This document shows positions 28,944-38,874 of a DNA stretch of 38,874 nt, one piece after another (positions within the stretch are counted from its first letter, which is position 1; the number at the start of each line of letters is the position of its first letter). The position numbers were made by a program, and so were the translations under genes. Location of the stretch: contig JBNKNM010000033.1 in assembly GCA_050293845.1 (NCBI GenBank), positions 1-38,874 of the forward strand. The letters run 5' to 3'. The notes beneath the pieces were generated by a model. That model was given only the letters and a program-made list of their open reading frames with translations. It did not search any database and was not told where the DNA came from. Origin of the DNA: Pseudobacteriovorax sp. (GTDB lineage Bacteria; Bdellovibrionota_B; Oligoflexia; Oligoflexales; Oligoflexaceae).

Positions 28944-29405
28944 ATGAATGAACTCATCGCAAGAGTGCAAAAAGACCTAAACAAGCTTCAAAAATCATTG
29001 GAAAAGGAAGGAGAAATACTTCTCAAAAAAATTCGTAAAACAGCCGCAAAAGCGGAAGACAATGTCAGCCACAAAAAAGATGAAGTCGCGAAGCTGATTC
29101 AAAAACAAGTTAAGAATTTTGAACCTGCACTGGAAAAGTTTTATAAAGAGATTAAGACTAATGCTGGAAAATATGGCGTAGATATCGACAACCTTGAGAA
29201 TCGTGTAAAATCGACAACGCAAAAGGCAGCTGCGAAATTAAATCTCAAAAAGAAAAAAGTTAGTAAGAAAAAATCGAAAAAGGTGACTAAAAAGGCAAAG
29301 GCTAAGACAAAAACTAAAGCTAATTCCAAGGCCAAAACCAAAGCAACAGGTGCAAAAAAGACAGTAAAGAAAAAATCGAAAAAGGTGACTAAAAAGGCCA
29401 ATTAA
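28944..29405 (+). CDS. Amphipathic-helix (phasin-like) protein with a histone H1-like Lys-rich tail
   Basis: About 95-aa helical N-terminus, then a K/A/T-rich tail with KKKSKKVTKKA twice; AAGGA RBS. Confidence 0.7.
   Translation: MNELIARVQKDLNKLQKSLEKEGEILLKKIRKTAAKAEDNVSHKKDEVAKLIQKQVKNFEPALEKFYKEIKTNAGKYGVDIDNLENRVKSTTQKAAAKLNLKKKKVSKKKSKKVTKKAKAKTKTKANSKAKTKATGAKKTVKKKSKKVTKKAN
29265..29398 (+). repeat. 32-bp perfect direct repeat within the Lys-rich tail
   Basis: AAGAAAAAATCGAAAAAGGTGACTAAAAAGGC at 29265-29296 and 29367-29398. Confidence 0.9.
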
Positions 29406-30526
29406 TGCCAGTTGAACGTATTGACGATTTAGAAGGTTTGAAACTTCACTTTCAACCGAAATCTGTAGGGAAAAAAGTTGCTGCTTGGTATCAAGGTGCT
29501 AAGCGCGACCTTCCCTGGAGAACCAGATGGTTTCAATCTCAGGATCCTTATGTGGTGTGGATCAGTGAGATCATGTTGCAACAAACGGTCATTAAAGCGG
29601 TAATTCCCGTTTACCATCGCTTTCTGGATCGTTTTCCTAATTTCACATCGTTAGCTCAAGCTGATGAACAAGAGGTTCGCCTGGCAGTGCGCGGGCTAGG
29701 TTACTATCGCCGATTCGGCTTGCTACATAAAGCTGCGCAAGAGTTGAATTCCCAGCCATCCTTTTCTTGGCCCCGCACGTTTAAGGAATGGAAGTCCCTG
29801 CCAGGGATAGGGGATTACACAGCTGCCGCCATCAGCAGTATATGCTTTAACCAATCGGTTCCCGTTGTCGATGGAAATGTGGAAAGGGTTTTCTGCCGCC
29901 TCCTGGATATTCGTCTCCCACCCAATCTACCTATGCTGAAGAAAAAATTCTTTGCCTTTGGTAGCCTCATGATTCCCGAAGGTTCTCCAGGAGATTTCAA
30001 CCAAGGAATCATGGAGTTAGGACAAACTATTTGCACGAAGCAAAACCCATTGTGCCACCACTGTCCTCTCCAAAGTCGTTGCTTGGCAAAGCGCCATAAC
30101 TCGCAAGAGCTCGCTCCACAAAAAAAGGATTCTGTCGTCTACGAGCAGGTTAGCATGAGACTTGTGATTCCTATAAAAGGTCGCAAGATCGGCCTTTGCA
30201 AACGCCCCGTCAATGCAAAATTTTTAAAAGATACCTGGGGTTTCCCGACACTGCTTGCTGATAAGAAAAATCGTTACCGTTGGGATGGGGACCTCTCACT
30301 GGAAATCCCCGACCTAAGTTCTTCCCTTGGTGTTATCAAACATTCTATTACGAAGCATAAAATAGCTTCCGTGATAGCTCCCAGCTACCACTTAAAGAGC
30401 CGTAAGTTACGCTGGTTTGATAGGGATGAAATTGAAGAACAATTAGTTAGTAACTTAGATCGCAAAGCATTGAAGATAATTTATGCTGAAGTAAATAAGC
30501 ATCCCACGTCATCGACCCCGCCCTAA
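29405..30526 (+). CDS. mutY: A/G-specific adenine glycosylase MutY
   Basis: WISEIMLQQT, GLGYY, HhH motif LPGIGDYTAAA, VDGNV and Fe-S motif CTKQNPLCHHCPLQSRC. Confidence 0.95.
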   Translation: MPVERIDDLEGLKLHFQPKSVGKKVAAWYQGAKRDLPWRTRWFQSQDPYVVWISEIMLQQTVIKAVIPVYHRFLDRFPNFTSLAQADEQEVRLAVRGLGYYRRFGLLHKAAQELNSQPSFSWPRTFKEWKSLPGIGDYTAAAISSICFNQSVPVVDGNVERVFCRLLDIRLPPNLPMLKKKFFAFGSLMIPEGSPGDFNQGIMELGQTICTKQNPLCHHCPLQSRCLAKRHNSQELAPQKKDSVVYEQVSMRLVIPIKGRKIGLCKRPVNAKFLKDTWGFPTLLADKKNRYRWDGDLSLEIPDLSSSLGVIKHSITKHKIASVIAPSYHLKSRKLRWFDRDEIEEQLVSNLDRKALKIIYAEVNKHPTSSTPP

Positions 30527-30643
30527 AGGAGGAAGGGGTAGAAAATTAGCGATAAGAAGAATGTCACATCTAAAGATGCGATGCTCGCCCTTGGACTTCT
30601 CCATTCCTCCTCCACGAAGGAAGAGGTTTCCTGGAGGAATTTG
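30508..30643 (-). mobile_element. 136-bp non-autonomous IS200/IS605-family miniature element (PATE-like)
   Basis: Minus strand: target TTCAT, then CAAATTCCTCCAGGAAACCTCTTCCTTCGTGGAGGAGGAAT (left-end hairpin) ... CCTTTAGGGCGGGGTCGATGAC (right end). No target duplication. Removal restores the mutY stop codon. Confidence 0.75.
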
Positions 30644-30663
30644 ATGAAAATCTCGTATTTGCT

Positions 30664-32163
30664 CTATAATGCAAAGTTTTCACAGGCGGCAATCAAAGTT
30701 CTCACTCCAAACCCACTGCCACCAGTTTTATGATAGCCTAAGGAACTGCAATTCCAGGCTGTTCCAGCGATATCAACATGAGCCCATTGACACGGGTGAT
30801 CTTTCACAAATTCATGGAGAAACCACCCACCCATAATAGTACCAGCCTTGACACCTGGTTTCGGTAAGTTTTTGATATCGGCGATCTCTGAAGCGACTTC
30901 TTGCTCAAGCTCAGGCCATAAGGGCAATCTCCATAATGACTCTCCACGAAGCTCACCCGCACGGCCTATATAGCTGGCTATGTTATCATCAGATGTCATA
31001 AATGCAGCCCCAGAGTGTCCTAAGCCAAATAGAACAGCTCCTGTTAAAGTAGCGATATCGATAACTAGGTCCGGCTTATGATTAGTTATAGTATGGGTGA
31101 GAACATCGGCAAGCACCAACCTCCCCTCAGCATCGGTATTCAATATTTCTACTGTCTTACCCGAGCTCGAACGAACGATATCCCCTGGTTTGATTGCTTC
31201 ACCTGAAGGCATATTCTCCACGGCACCGATAGCACAGATAACATTGACAGGAGGTTGTTCTTCGCTAAAGTAGTGGGCTGCTCCATAAACAGCTGCAGCT
31301 CCTGACATATCATACTTCATGTCTTCCAACCCAGCAGAAGGCTTAAGGTTGATCCCACCTGTATCAAAGGTTACTCCTTTACCCACCAGTGCTACAGTTT
31401 TTGAAGAGTCTTTTCCTGCAAATTCAATGGTAACTAACTTAGGGTCTGAAGTAGCTCCCGCAGCAACAGCTAAAAAAGCACCCATTCCCTTGGCTTCTAA
31501 TTCTTCCCGACCTAAAATACTAACCTTTGCTTTAGTTTCAAAAAACTTTGAGGCGATATCAGCGAATTGTTGCGGGTTCAAAAAATTGCTCGGAGCATCT
31601 TGCAACCACTTTGAAAAAATTAGTGATTTTGCAATCTTGCGACGATTTTCACAGGAGACTACTGCTGCTGCAGGAAGCTGGATAGTCTTTACTATGGGAG
31701 CGGTAGGCTTGGATTTAAAAGCGCTGCGATCATCGAGTCCTACACATATGCCCTCAAATACGTCTTCAAGGGTCAATCCACCGTCAAGATTTTGAATATT
31801 CAGAGCATCAACGCTAGATTTTAACAAGGAGGTTGCGGCTTCCATGCCCACCTGGCGAGACACTTTAATTGGATTTGTTTTTATGCTACTAACAGCCACC
31901 ACTAAAATGGGAATGTCTTCAACCACCAATCTTTGGGTTAGCTCTGCTGCATTCCAGTTCAGTTTACCAAGCGCAGATTTGATTTGATCCGCGAAATCCC
32001 CCAAACCACTGACTAAGAGCTTGATGTTCTGATCCAGTTGCTGTACTGGGATAAGATTCCAAGAATCTTTCGTCAACCCCTCTTGATCGGTAATTTTAAT
32101 AGATTCTACCCAGGAGTAGGCTGGCGGGAGGCATTGGTTTAAACTGCCGATTAAATTATTCAT
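30664..32163 (-). CDS. pepA: Leucyl aminopeptidase (M17)
   Basis: VGKGVTFDTGG, MKYDMSGAA, NTDAEGRLVLAD and ATLTGA motifs. Start moved to ATG 32163. Confidence 0.93.
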   Translation of the reverse strand: MNNLIGSLNQCLPPAYSWVESIKITDQEGLTKDSWNLIPVQQLDQNIKLLVSGLGDFADQIKSALGKLNWNAAELTQRLVVEDIPILVVAVSSIKTNPIKVSRQVGMEAATSLLKSSVDALNIQNLDGGLTLEDVFEGICVGLDDRSAFKSKPTAPIVKTIQLPAAAVVSCENRRKIAKSLIFSKWLQDAPSNFLNPQQFADIASKFFETKAKVSILGREELEAKGMGAFLAVAAGATSDPKLVTIEFAGKDSSKTVALVGKGVTFDTGGINLKPSAGLEDMKYDMSGAAAVYGAAHYFSEEQPPVNVICAIGAVENMPSGEAIKPGDIVRSSSGKTVEILNTDAEGRLVLADVLTHTITNHKPDLVIDIATLTGAVLFGLGHSGAAFMTSDDNIASYIGRAGELRGESLWRLPLWPELEQEVASEIADIKNLPKPGVKAGTIMGGWFLHEFVKDHPCQWAHVDIAGTAWNCSSLGYHKTGGSGFGVRTLIAACENFAL

Positions 32164-32305
32164 ATGTATTACCCTTTCTTTAGTCGCCAATCATCGATTC
32201 TAACAAGAAAAATTAGGAGTCTGACAGAGGATGGAGACTAACACAGCTACCATGAAATACAAAGAATAGAAGCCTTGCGTTTCCATAGGGAAACCCTCAA
32301 TATAG

Positions 32306-33601
<1,296 letters not shown>

Positions 33602-33641
33602 ATGCCGCTGGGATTAGAGAAATTCTAGAATGATCCTTAAA

Positions 33642-33682
33642 CAGCAAAGGGCAAAGAAAGCTAGCTTCCTTGTCCTTTGCTG
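33642..33682 (+). terminator. Long hairpin after eno, probable terminator
   Basis: CAGCAAAGGGCAAAGAAAG-CTAG-CTTCCTTGTCCTTTGCTG imperfect inverted repeat. Confidence 0.55.
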
Positions 33683-33787
33683 CTCGGTGACGTACATCGG
33701 TTCGTATGATGCGCTTCAAAAAATCCTCATTTTATTTAGCGAACTCCCAGGTTTATCATAAAAGTTTGGTATACATATTAATCGCTA

Positions 33788-33814
33788 TCAACTAAGTATT
33801 TTATGTTCCGATAG
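33788..33814 (+). promoter_or_regulatory. Putative sigma28 promoter of the response regulator-kinase pair
   Basis: TCAA-N15-TCCGATAG, about 45 nt upstream of the start. Confidence 0.5.
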
Positions 33815-33857
33815 TCACCACTGAGCTTTGATGTTGTTTACCAATGTGGGGTGATTC

Positions 33858-34244
33858 TTGGAGCTGGAAAATAGTGATATCACAATACTACTCGTCGATG
33901 ATGAAGAAGATATCAGGTCGCTTATGGCACAGCAGTTTATGCTAGAAGGTTATAATGTGCTTGTCGCGAGTGGCGGACATGAGGCTATTGACATCATCCG
34001 TAACAAAGGTACAGATATTGTCATCACAGATGTCCGTATGCCTAACGGGGATGGAGAGCAGTTGCTAAGAAGCATGAAACGAGAGTTCTGTGATATCCCT
34101 TTGGTTATGGTATCTGGTTTTTCGGAGCTTACCAGGGAGCAAGCTTTGGCACTAGGTGCTGCGGATCTTTTAAAAAAGCCTGTTGATATTAGCGTCATAG
34201 AATCTTATATCAAAATTTGTGTTGGAAAAATCACACGGGACTAG
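33858..34244 (+). CDS. Single-domain response regulator
   Basis: LLVDDEED, ITDVRMP, SG and KP motifs. Confidence 0.92.
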   Translation: MELENSDITILLVDDEEDIRSLMAQQFMLEGYNVLVASGGHEAIDIIRNKGTDIVITDVRMPNGDGEQLLRSMKREFCDIPLVMVSGFSELTREQALALGAADLLKKPVDISVIESYIKICVGKITRD

Positions 34245-34274
34245 CTTGGTCTCTTCATAGGTTAATATAGAGCA

Positions 34275-35741
34275 ATGATACACGTTTTTCGCCAGATCAG
34301 AACCTCCCTTAAAGCAAGGTTGCTCCTTTGGGTTTGGTTCACGAGTTCCTTGGCGACGTCCCTGTTTATTTCTATACAACTTTATACTGACTATAAAGAA
34401 GAGCATAATCTAGCACTGCAGCAGTTCCAAGTCATCAAGGATAATTACCTTCCTTCTTTAAATAAAAGCATGTGGGATTACAATTTTAATTATATAAATT
34501 TGCAAATTCAGAGCCTTAACAACCTTCCCTACGTAACCCACATTGCGCTTTTTGCTGGTCAGGATGAAGTCTATAACAGTTCCGAGGTATGGAGCGAAGA
34601 CGACTTGCAAGTAGCTACTTTCAAGCTTGACTACCAAGGCGAAAAAATTGGTGAGCTGAAGGCTGGGCTAGATATTGCCTCCATCAGAGATACCTATATC
34701 AATAAAGCTGTAAAAATACTTTTTGCTCAGAGTATTAAAACATTTATTGTCTGCTACTTACTGCTGCTGATTTTTTCGAAAGTTATCATGCGCCATATAC
34801 TACAAACCGCGAAGTATCTTGAAAACTTTAAGCTAGAGGATGATAATAAACTTGAGCTGAAACGTGGCAATGTCAATGATGAATTATCAACACTAACAAA
34901 TAACATTAATAACCTAAAAGAAGACTTATTTGAATCAAACCAACAGCTCATCCGCTTTAGTAAAACTCTTGAAGAGAAGGTCAAAGAAAGAACAGAAGAA
35001 CTGGAACTGGAACGGACCAAAAGTATTCATGCAGCAAAGTTAGCCTCCCTAGGGGAGATGGCGGGGGGCATTGCCCATGAAATAAACAACCCTCTGGCGA
35101 TAATTTCTGCTTCTATGAGCCTACTTAAGAGACTTAGAGAGCTTGATAAGCTTGAAGAGAAAAATTTCACTGAGATTTACAGCACCATAGACCGAACTCT
35201 AAAAAGAATTTCTAAAATCATCGCAGGTCTCAGGGTCGTTTCTCGCGATACTGGTGAGTTTAGTCGATCCCATGTCAAAGTAGGAACGATCTTTGATGAT
35301 GTTCTGGGTTTATGTAGTGAAAAGTTCAAAAATCATGGTGTTGCTCTACAGATAGAAATAAACAAAGACCAAGAGCTTTTTTGTGACCGCGTTCAGATAT
35401 CACAGGTTCTTATCAACCTTATTGGCAACGCCTACGACGTCGCGGTCGAACAGCCTGAAAAGTGGGTCAAGATCATTCAGGAAGAGGATGAAGAAAATGA
35501 TATAATTAGGATCATCGATAGCGGAAGAAACATCCCAGAAGAAATTGTCGACAAGATGTTCAATCCCTTTTTTACAACGAAAGAAATCGGTAAAGGAACT
35601 GGCCTTGGGCTTTCAATATCACGAACCATCATTTTGAAGCACAAAGGGACTCTTGATGTCGACAGATCATACCTTAACACTTGCTTTGTTATCAAAATTC
35701 CCAAGTATAATGCCAAAGAACAAATCACCCAGTCAGCATAG
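34275..35741 (+). CDS. Membrane sensor histidine kinase (HAMP, HisKA, HATPase)
   Basis: AHEINNPL, NLIGNA and PFFTTKEIGKGTGLGLS motifs. Confidence 0.95.
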   Translation: MIHVFRQIRTSLKARLLLWVWFTSSLATSLFISIQLYTDYKEEHNLALQQFQVIKDNYLPSLNKSMWDYNFNYINLQIQSLNNLPYVTHIALFAGQDEVYNSSEVWSEDDLQVATFKLDYQGEKIGELKAGLDIASIRDTYINKAVKILFAQSIKTFIVCYLLLLIFSKVIMRHILQTAKYLENFKLEDDNKLELKRGNVNDELSTLTNNINNLKEDLFESNQQLIRFSKTLEEKVKERTEELELERTKSIHAAKLASLGEMAGGIAHEINNPLAIISASMSLLKRLRELDKLEEKNFTEIYSTIDRTLKRISKIIAGLRVVSRDTGEFSRSHVKVGTIFDDVLGLCSEKFKNHGVALQIEINKDQELFCDRVQISQVLINLIGNAYDVAVEQPEKWVKIIQEEDEENDIIRIIDSGRNIPEEIVDKMFNPFFTTKEIGKGTGLGLSISRTIILKHKGTLDVDRSYLNTCFVIKIPKYNAKEQITQSA

Positions 35742-35871
35742 CCAAACACTGGCATATCATAGCGAGCGATGAATCTTTCGGATTCCGGCTAGAATTAGCT
35801 AGGGATTTGTTGAGTCATTTGCTTTATCATTTTCTCTATCAGTTGAATTACTATCAAAAAATGAGGGAGCA

Positions 35872-36585
35872 TTGGAAATCTCGTCACAAAAAAAATCTAA
35901 CCCACAACCATGGTCAAATATCCTACTAAAGGAAATGGCTGCAGGGGTCAGTATGGGGTTACTTTATCCTTTTGGATATCTACGCTTTCGATCCACACCC
36001 AAGATATTTCATAAAGAGCAAAGAACTGTCATTTTTATTCATGGATATATGGCAAACCCGTCTTGTTTTTATCCTCTTGTTTGTTACCTTATGGCCCATG
36101 GCATTTCCCAAAATATACTCTTCTTCAAATACAATAGCTCTGTAGGTATAGAACGGGCGGCCATTGAGCTGCGATCTTTTATTACCCGGAGCTTAGGCGG
36201 AGGAAGAATTGATTTGGTTTGTCACAGTCTAGGGGGTATTATTGCTCAAGTCTTTCTTCAAATGCTTGGTGGTTCAAGGAAGGTTGATCGCTTTATTACA
36301 ATAGGGTCTCCCCATGAAGGGACTTATAATGCATACTGGGTCCCCTCAAGAATCGGGAAGGAACTCAGGCCAGGATCGGTTTTGCTAGGTCGTCTCAAGA
36401 AAACCGCAGAAGCGACATCGCAGGTCACTACTGTCGCCATTACAGGTGAATACGATAATATTGTTTTACCGAGATCTTCCGCCCATACTGGTAATCATTT
36501 CTGCATAAAAGAAACTGGCCATTTAGGCTTACTACTGTCGCCTCAAGCTATGAAGCTGATACTGAACACCCTGTCACAGCCCTAA
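35872..36585 (+). CDS. Small lipase/esterase (alpha/beta hydrolase)
   Basis: FIHGY, CHSLGG, GSPHEGT, DNIV and GHLGLL; start codon uncertain. Confidence 0.85.
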   Translation: MEISSQKKSNPQPWSNILLKEMAAGVSMGLLYPFGYLRFRSTPKIFHKEQRTVIFIHGYMANPSCFYPLVCYLMAHGISQNILFFKYNSSVGIERAAIELRSFITRSLGGGRIDLVCHSLGGIIAQVFLQMLGGSRKVDRFITIGSPHEGTYNAYWVPSRIGKELRPGSVLLGRLKKTAEATSQVTTVAITGEYDNIVLPRSSAHTGNHFCIKETGHLGLLLSPQAMKLILNTLSQP

Positions 36586-36746
36586 AATGTCATTTCATGA
36601 GAAACACCTTTCTATTATGAACTAATCATGTCGGATTTATACAGTCACCCCACACGATTCTGGGCGGACACGGTTAACTTAACATACTTGCATAGTGCGA
36701 GAAACGGCCGCCCCCTAGAGCGGCGGTTCTGGCAGAATCAGTAGAA

Positions 36747-38294
36747 TCATAGTGGGAGATTAGAAGCTCGAGCCGCCTCAATGATAATTTGAACATCTTC
36801 TGGTAGAAGGAAACCTTTTGCTTGCATATCGTAGGCACTACGACTGACTGCATCGACATAGTAGGACATACTAGGATAAAGTTGCCGTATCGTAGTCTCA
36901 TCGAATAGCTCTGTTTCACCAAGCAGGAAGCAAATATTTGAGTCTTCCTTAGAATTGGGGTTGCTACCTAATAAGAGAGCGGTAGGAACATCCATATAGG
37001 GGCTACGAATTCCACCTCGTACATTTCCAAAGTCATCGTAAAGGTAGCTGTCTCCATTGGCATTGAGAGTTAGCCTGGGGCTGTGTGCTGGCGCTTCGCC
37101 TGTGGCAATCCACTGATCAAGCGCCCGTAAAGCTGCCTTTGCTACAAAGTGATGTTGCGGTGCACTATTGATTGGTTTGTCACAGAGCGTAAAGGGAATT
37201 GGCATGCGAGTAGAAGATAGAAGAGCGGAACTAATAGTACCAGTATCCCTAGCTCCAGTATCGATTGCATAACTGTCTATATGAGACGTACCAGCGAGTT
37301 CCCATAACCGGAAGTACTCACTATCCGGTTGGCGACTGAAATGTGACTCAAGACGAAGGACATCAGTTTCCGTCTGTAAATTTAAAACCGGTTTTTGTAG
37401 GTCATCGCGTATGTTTACGATGTTGGCAGTTGTTAGTACCTCTTGAGGAGCTTGAGAAAGAGGAGCCGCTGCACCGTCAAACTCAGGTGTATAACCTAAA
37501 CGGCTGTGAATAAAGTAGCCATCGATCAGATCGAATTGCTTACCAAAAGAATTCATAAAGGTAATCAAACGTTGAGCTGATTGGGACTCACCTGCTGCGA
37601 TGACTGCATCCACCCTCAAGCCAGCCATGGGATCAGCACCAACTCGTTGACCTCGCACCGCTTTCACAGCACCGGCAAAGATATCGTAAGAAAAGCTATC
37701 ACCAGGATGAGATAGTCGCCAATACCGTAGCGGGTTGATGAGTTTTAAAGGAACTGTAAACCCCAAGACCGGTGGTAATGGAGTTTCTCCTCCCAACTCA
37801 ACGCCAACGTATTGAGCGGAGACACCAACCCAAGCATAACCCTTTCTGAGAATCTCAGTGTGCAGCATAACCCAATCAACGGCTGTGTCAAGGCCTCCCG
37901 TAACATTGAGCCACTCAACGACTACAGTGCCATTAAAGTCTTCAGGGTTAGCGGGCCGGTATACGAGCATGCGTGTATTATAATTAGCACAAGCGGTTGG
38001 ATAAACGAGCCATTTCCCTTCTTCCCCTAAAGGCGAATTAGTCGAATAGGATCGCGCTTCACCAGAAAAAAAGTATTCACCAGTACGATAACCGAACTGT
38101 GTAAGTGAGATATTTGTACCTCGTACAAAGGGCTTACCGATGGATGGGGCCGGCACAACTGAAACTGTTTGCTGTGTATCTTCAATGCTATATTGTTGAG
38201 AACTACTTACGAACGCGGCTCCCCCTGTTGAGAATTGTAAAGTTGAGCTCACCACCAATAGAGATAGTGTCCTTGTTATTTTATTTCTAACCAT
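36747..38294 (-). CDS. Secreted alpha/beta-hydrolase-domain protein
   Basis: Signal peptide; FNGTVVVEWLNV, AAGESQSA, ELAGTSH and GGIRSP motifs; AGGAG RBS. Confidence 0.8.
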   Translation of the reverse strand: MVRNKITRTLSLLVVSSTLQFSTGGAAFVSSSQQYSIEDTQQTVSVVPAPSIGKPFVRGTNISLTQFGYRTGEYFFSGEARSYSTNSPLGEEGKWLVYPTACANYNTRMLVYRPANPEDFNGTVVVEWLNVTGGLDTAVDWVMLHTEILRKGYAWVGVSAQYVGVELGGETPLPPVLGFTVPLKLINPLRYWRLSHPGDSFSYDIFAGAVKAVRGQRVGADPMAGLRVDAVIAAGESQSAQRLITFMNSFGKQFDLIDGYFIHSRLGYTPEFDGAAAPLSQAPQEVLTTANIVNIRDDLQKPVLNLQTETDVLRLESHFSRQPDSEYFRLWELAGTSHIDSYAIDTGARDTGTISSALLSSTRMPIPFTLCDKPINSAPQHHFVAKAALRALDQWIATGEAPAHSPRLTLNANGDSYLYDDFGNVRGGIRSPYMDVPTALLLGSNPNSKEDSNICFLLGETELFDETTIRQLYPSMSYYVDAVSRSAYDMQAKGFLLPEDVQIIIEAARASNLPL

Positions 38295-38726
38295 AACGTT
38301 CTCCTAAAATAGAGCTTGATTTAGATTCAAATCGACTAAGTTCTAGTAGAAATTTATAGATACTCAAAAGCACATGTCAATCCATCTGTAGTTTTTTAAG
38401 TATAAAGATAGTGAAAAAATTTAATTCATTTTTCCTCACCAGACAGGAATTCCTTCCTATTGCTCTTGGTTTCGAACGTAACTTTTGCCACAGAATTTTT
38501 TGCGGTATCTGAATTATCATATGATCATGGTCTTGAACCATATACCCTTTCCCTAGAGGAGAAACCTCATTCCTTTAAAACTAAATCTGAAGGCCGAGCC
38601 ATGAGAGGCTCAATGATCAAACCAGTGGTTTACCTGTCCTATAATTAAATTCATATGATATGGGTTGTGTGATTATTAATATAGTAAATACATATAGTTA
38701 GAGTTTATTGTCGAAGATTTTCAAAG

Positions 38727-38762
38727 ATCGATCCCGCCATAAGTGATTGTGGCGGGATCGAT
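38727..38762 (-). terminator. Intrinsic terminator of the gene entering from the right edge
   Basis: 13-bp arms ATCGATCCCGCCA / TGGCGGGATCGAT, immediately after TGA at 38763-38765. Confidence 0.7.
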
Positions 38763-38874
38763 TCAGCCCCGATTAGCGCTGGTTGATGCGTTATAGGACA
38801 ACAAGACATGATAGTTATTCTCATTCACTGAAGTATTGTTTTCGACCTGGAGTAAACCGACTCGACCATCTTGA
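38763..38874 (-). CDS. 3' end of an unidentified CDS
   Basis: Open frame QDGRVGLLQVENNTSVNENNYHVLLSYNASTSANRG* followed directly by a hairpin. Confidence 0.5.
   Translation of the reverse strand, partial: QDGRVGLLQVENNTSVNENNYHVLLSYNASTSANRG

Noticed and set aside
29265..29398. 32-bp direct repeat as a mini-CRISPR
   Set aside because: Only two copies, in frame within a low-complexity coding tail, 70-bp gap, no cas genes.
38328..38356. sigma28-like motif upstream of the secreted hydrolase
   Set aside because: TAAA-N16-GTCGATTT has the wrong spacing and a weak -10 element.
38460..38648. 62-aa plus-strand ORF
   Set aside because: No RBS or recognisable domain; may be a gene remnant, but this cannot be supported from the sequence.

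Overview
Bacterial chromosomal window with no rRNA, tRNA, CRISPR array or intact transposase. The flagellin N-terminus (MGLRIRTNV) and the many orphan TPR, lipoprotein and beta-barrel genes suggest a Bdellovibrionota/Oligoflexia-like host; this is an inference. (1) 1-10.5 kb is an AT-rich Wzx/Wzy polysaccharide locus: flippase, TPR+beta-barrel protein, short helix-less OPX, Wzc-like co-polymerase with a degenerate kinase, 60-aa membrane protein, Wzy/ligase, GT4, a structured leader with JUMPstart-like sequence, and a second orphan outer-membrane barrel. (2) greB and serA follow, then six uncharacterised envelope genes (12.7-18.7 kb). (3) Next come a sigma28-driven flagellin, a GT-C-like membrane protein, a small basic orphan protein and a convergent pseudo-kinase/pseudo-receiver-TPR pair. 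(4) The rest is mostly housekeeping and signalling: pabB/trpE-like, hbd, crt, a phasin/H1-like protein, mutY, pepA, eno, a receiver, a histidine kinase and two hydrolases. The cleanest hidden feature is a 136-bp non-autonomous IS200/IS605-type element in the last codon of mutY; deleting it restores an in-frame stop exactly.
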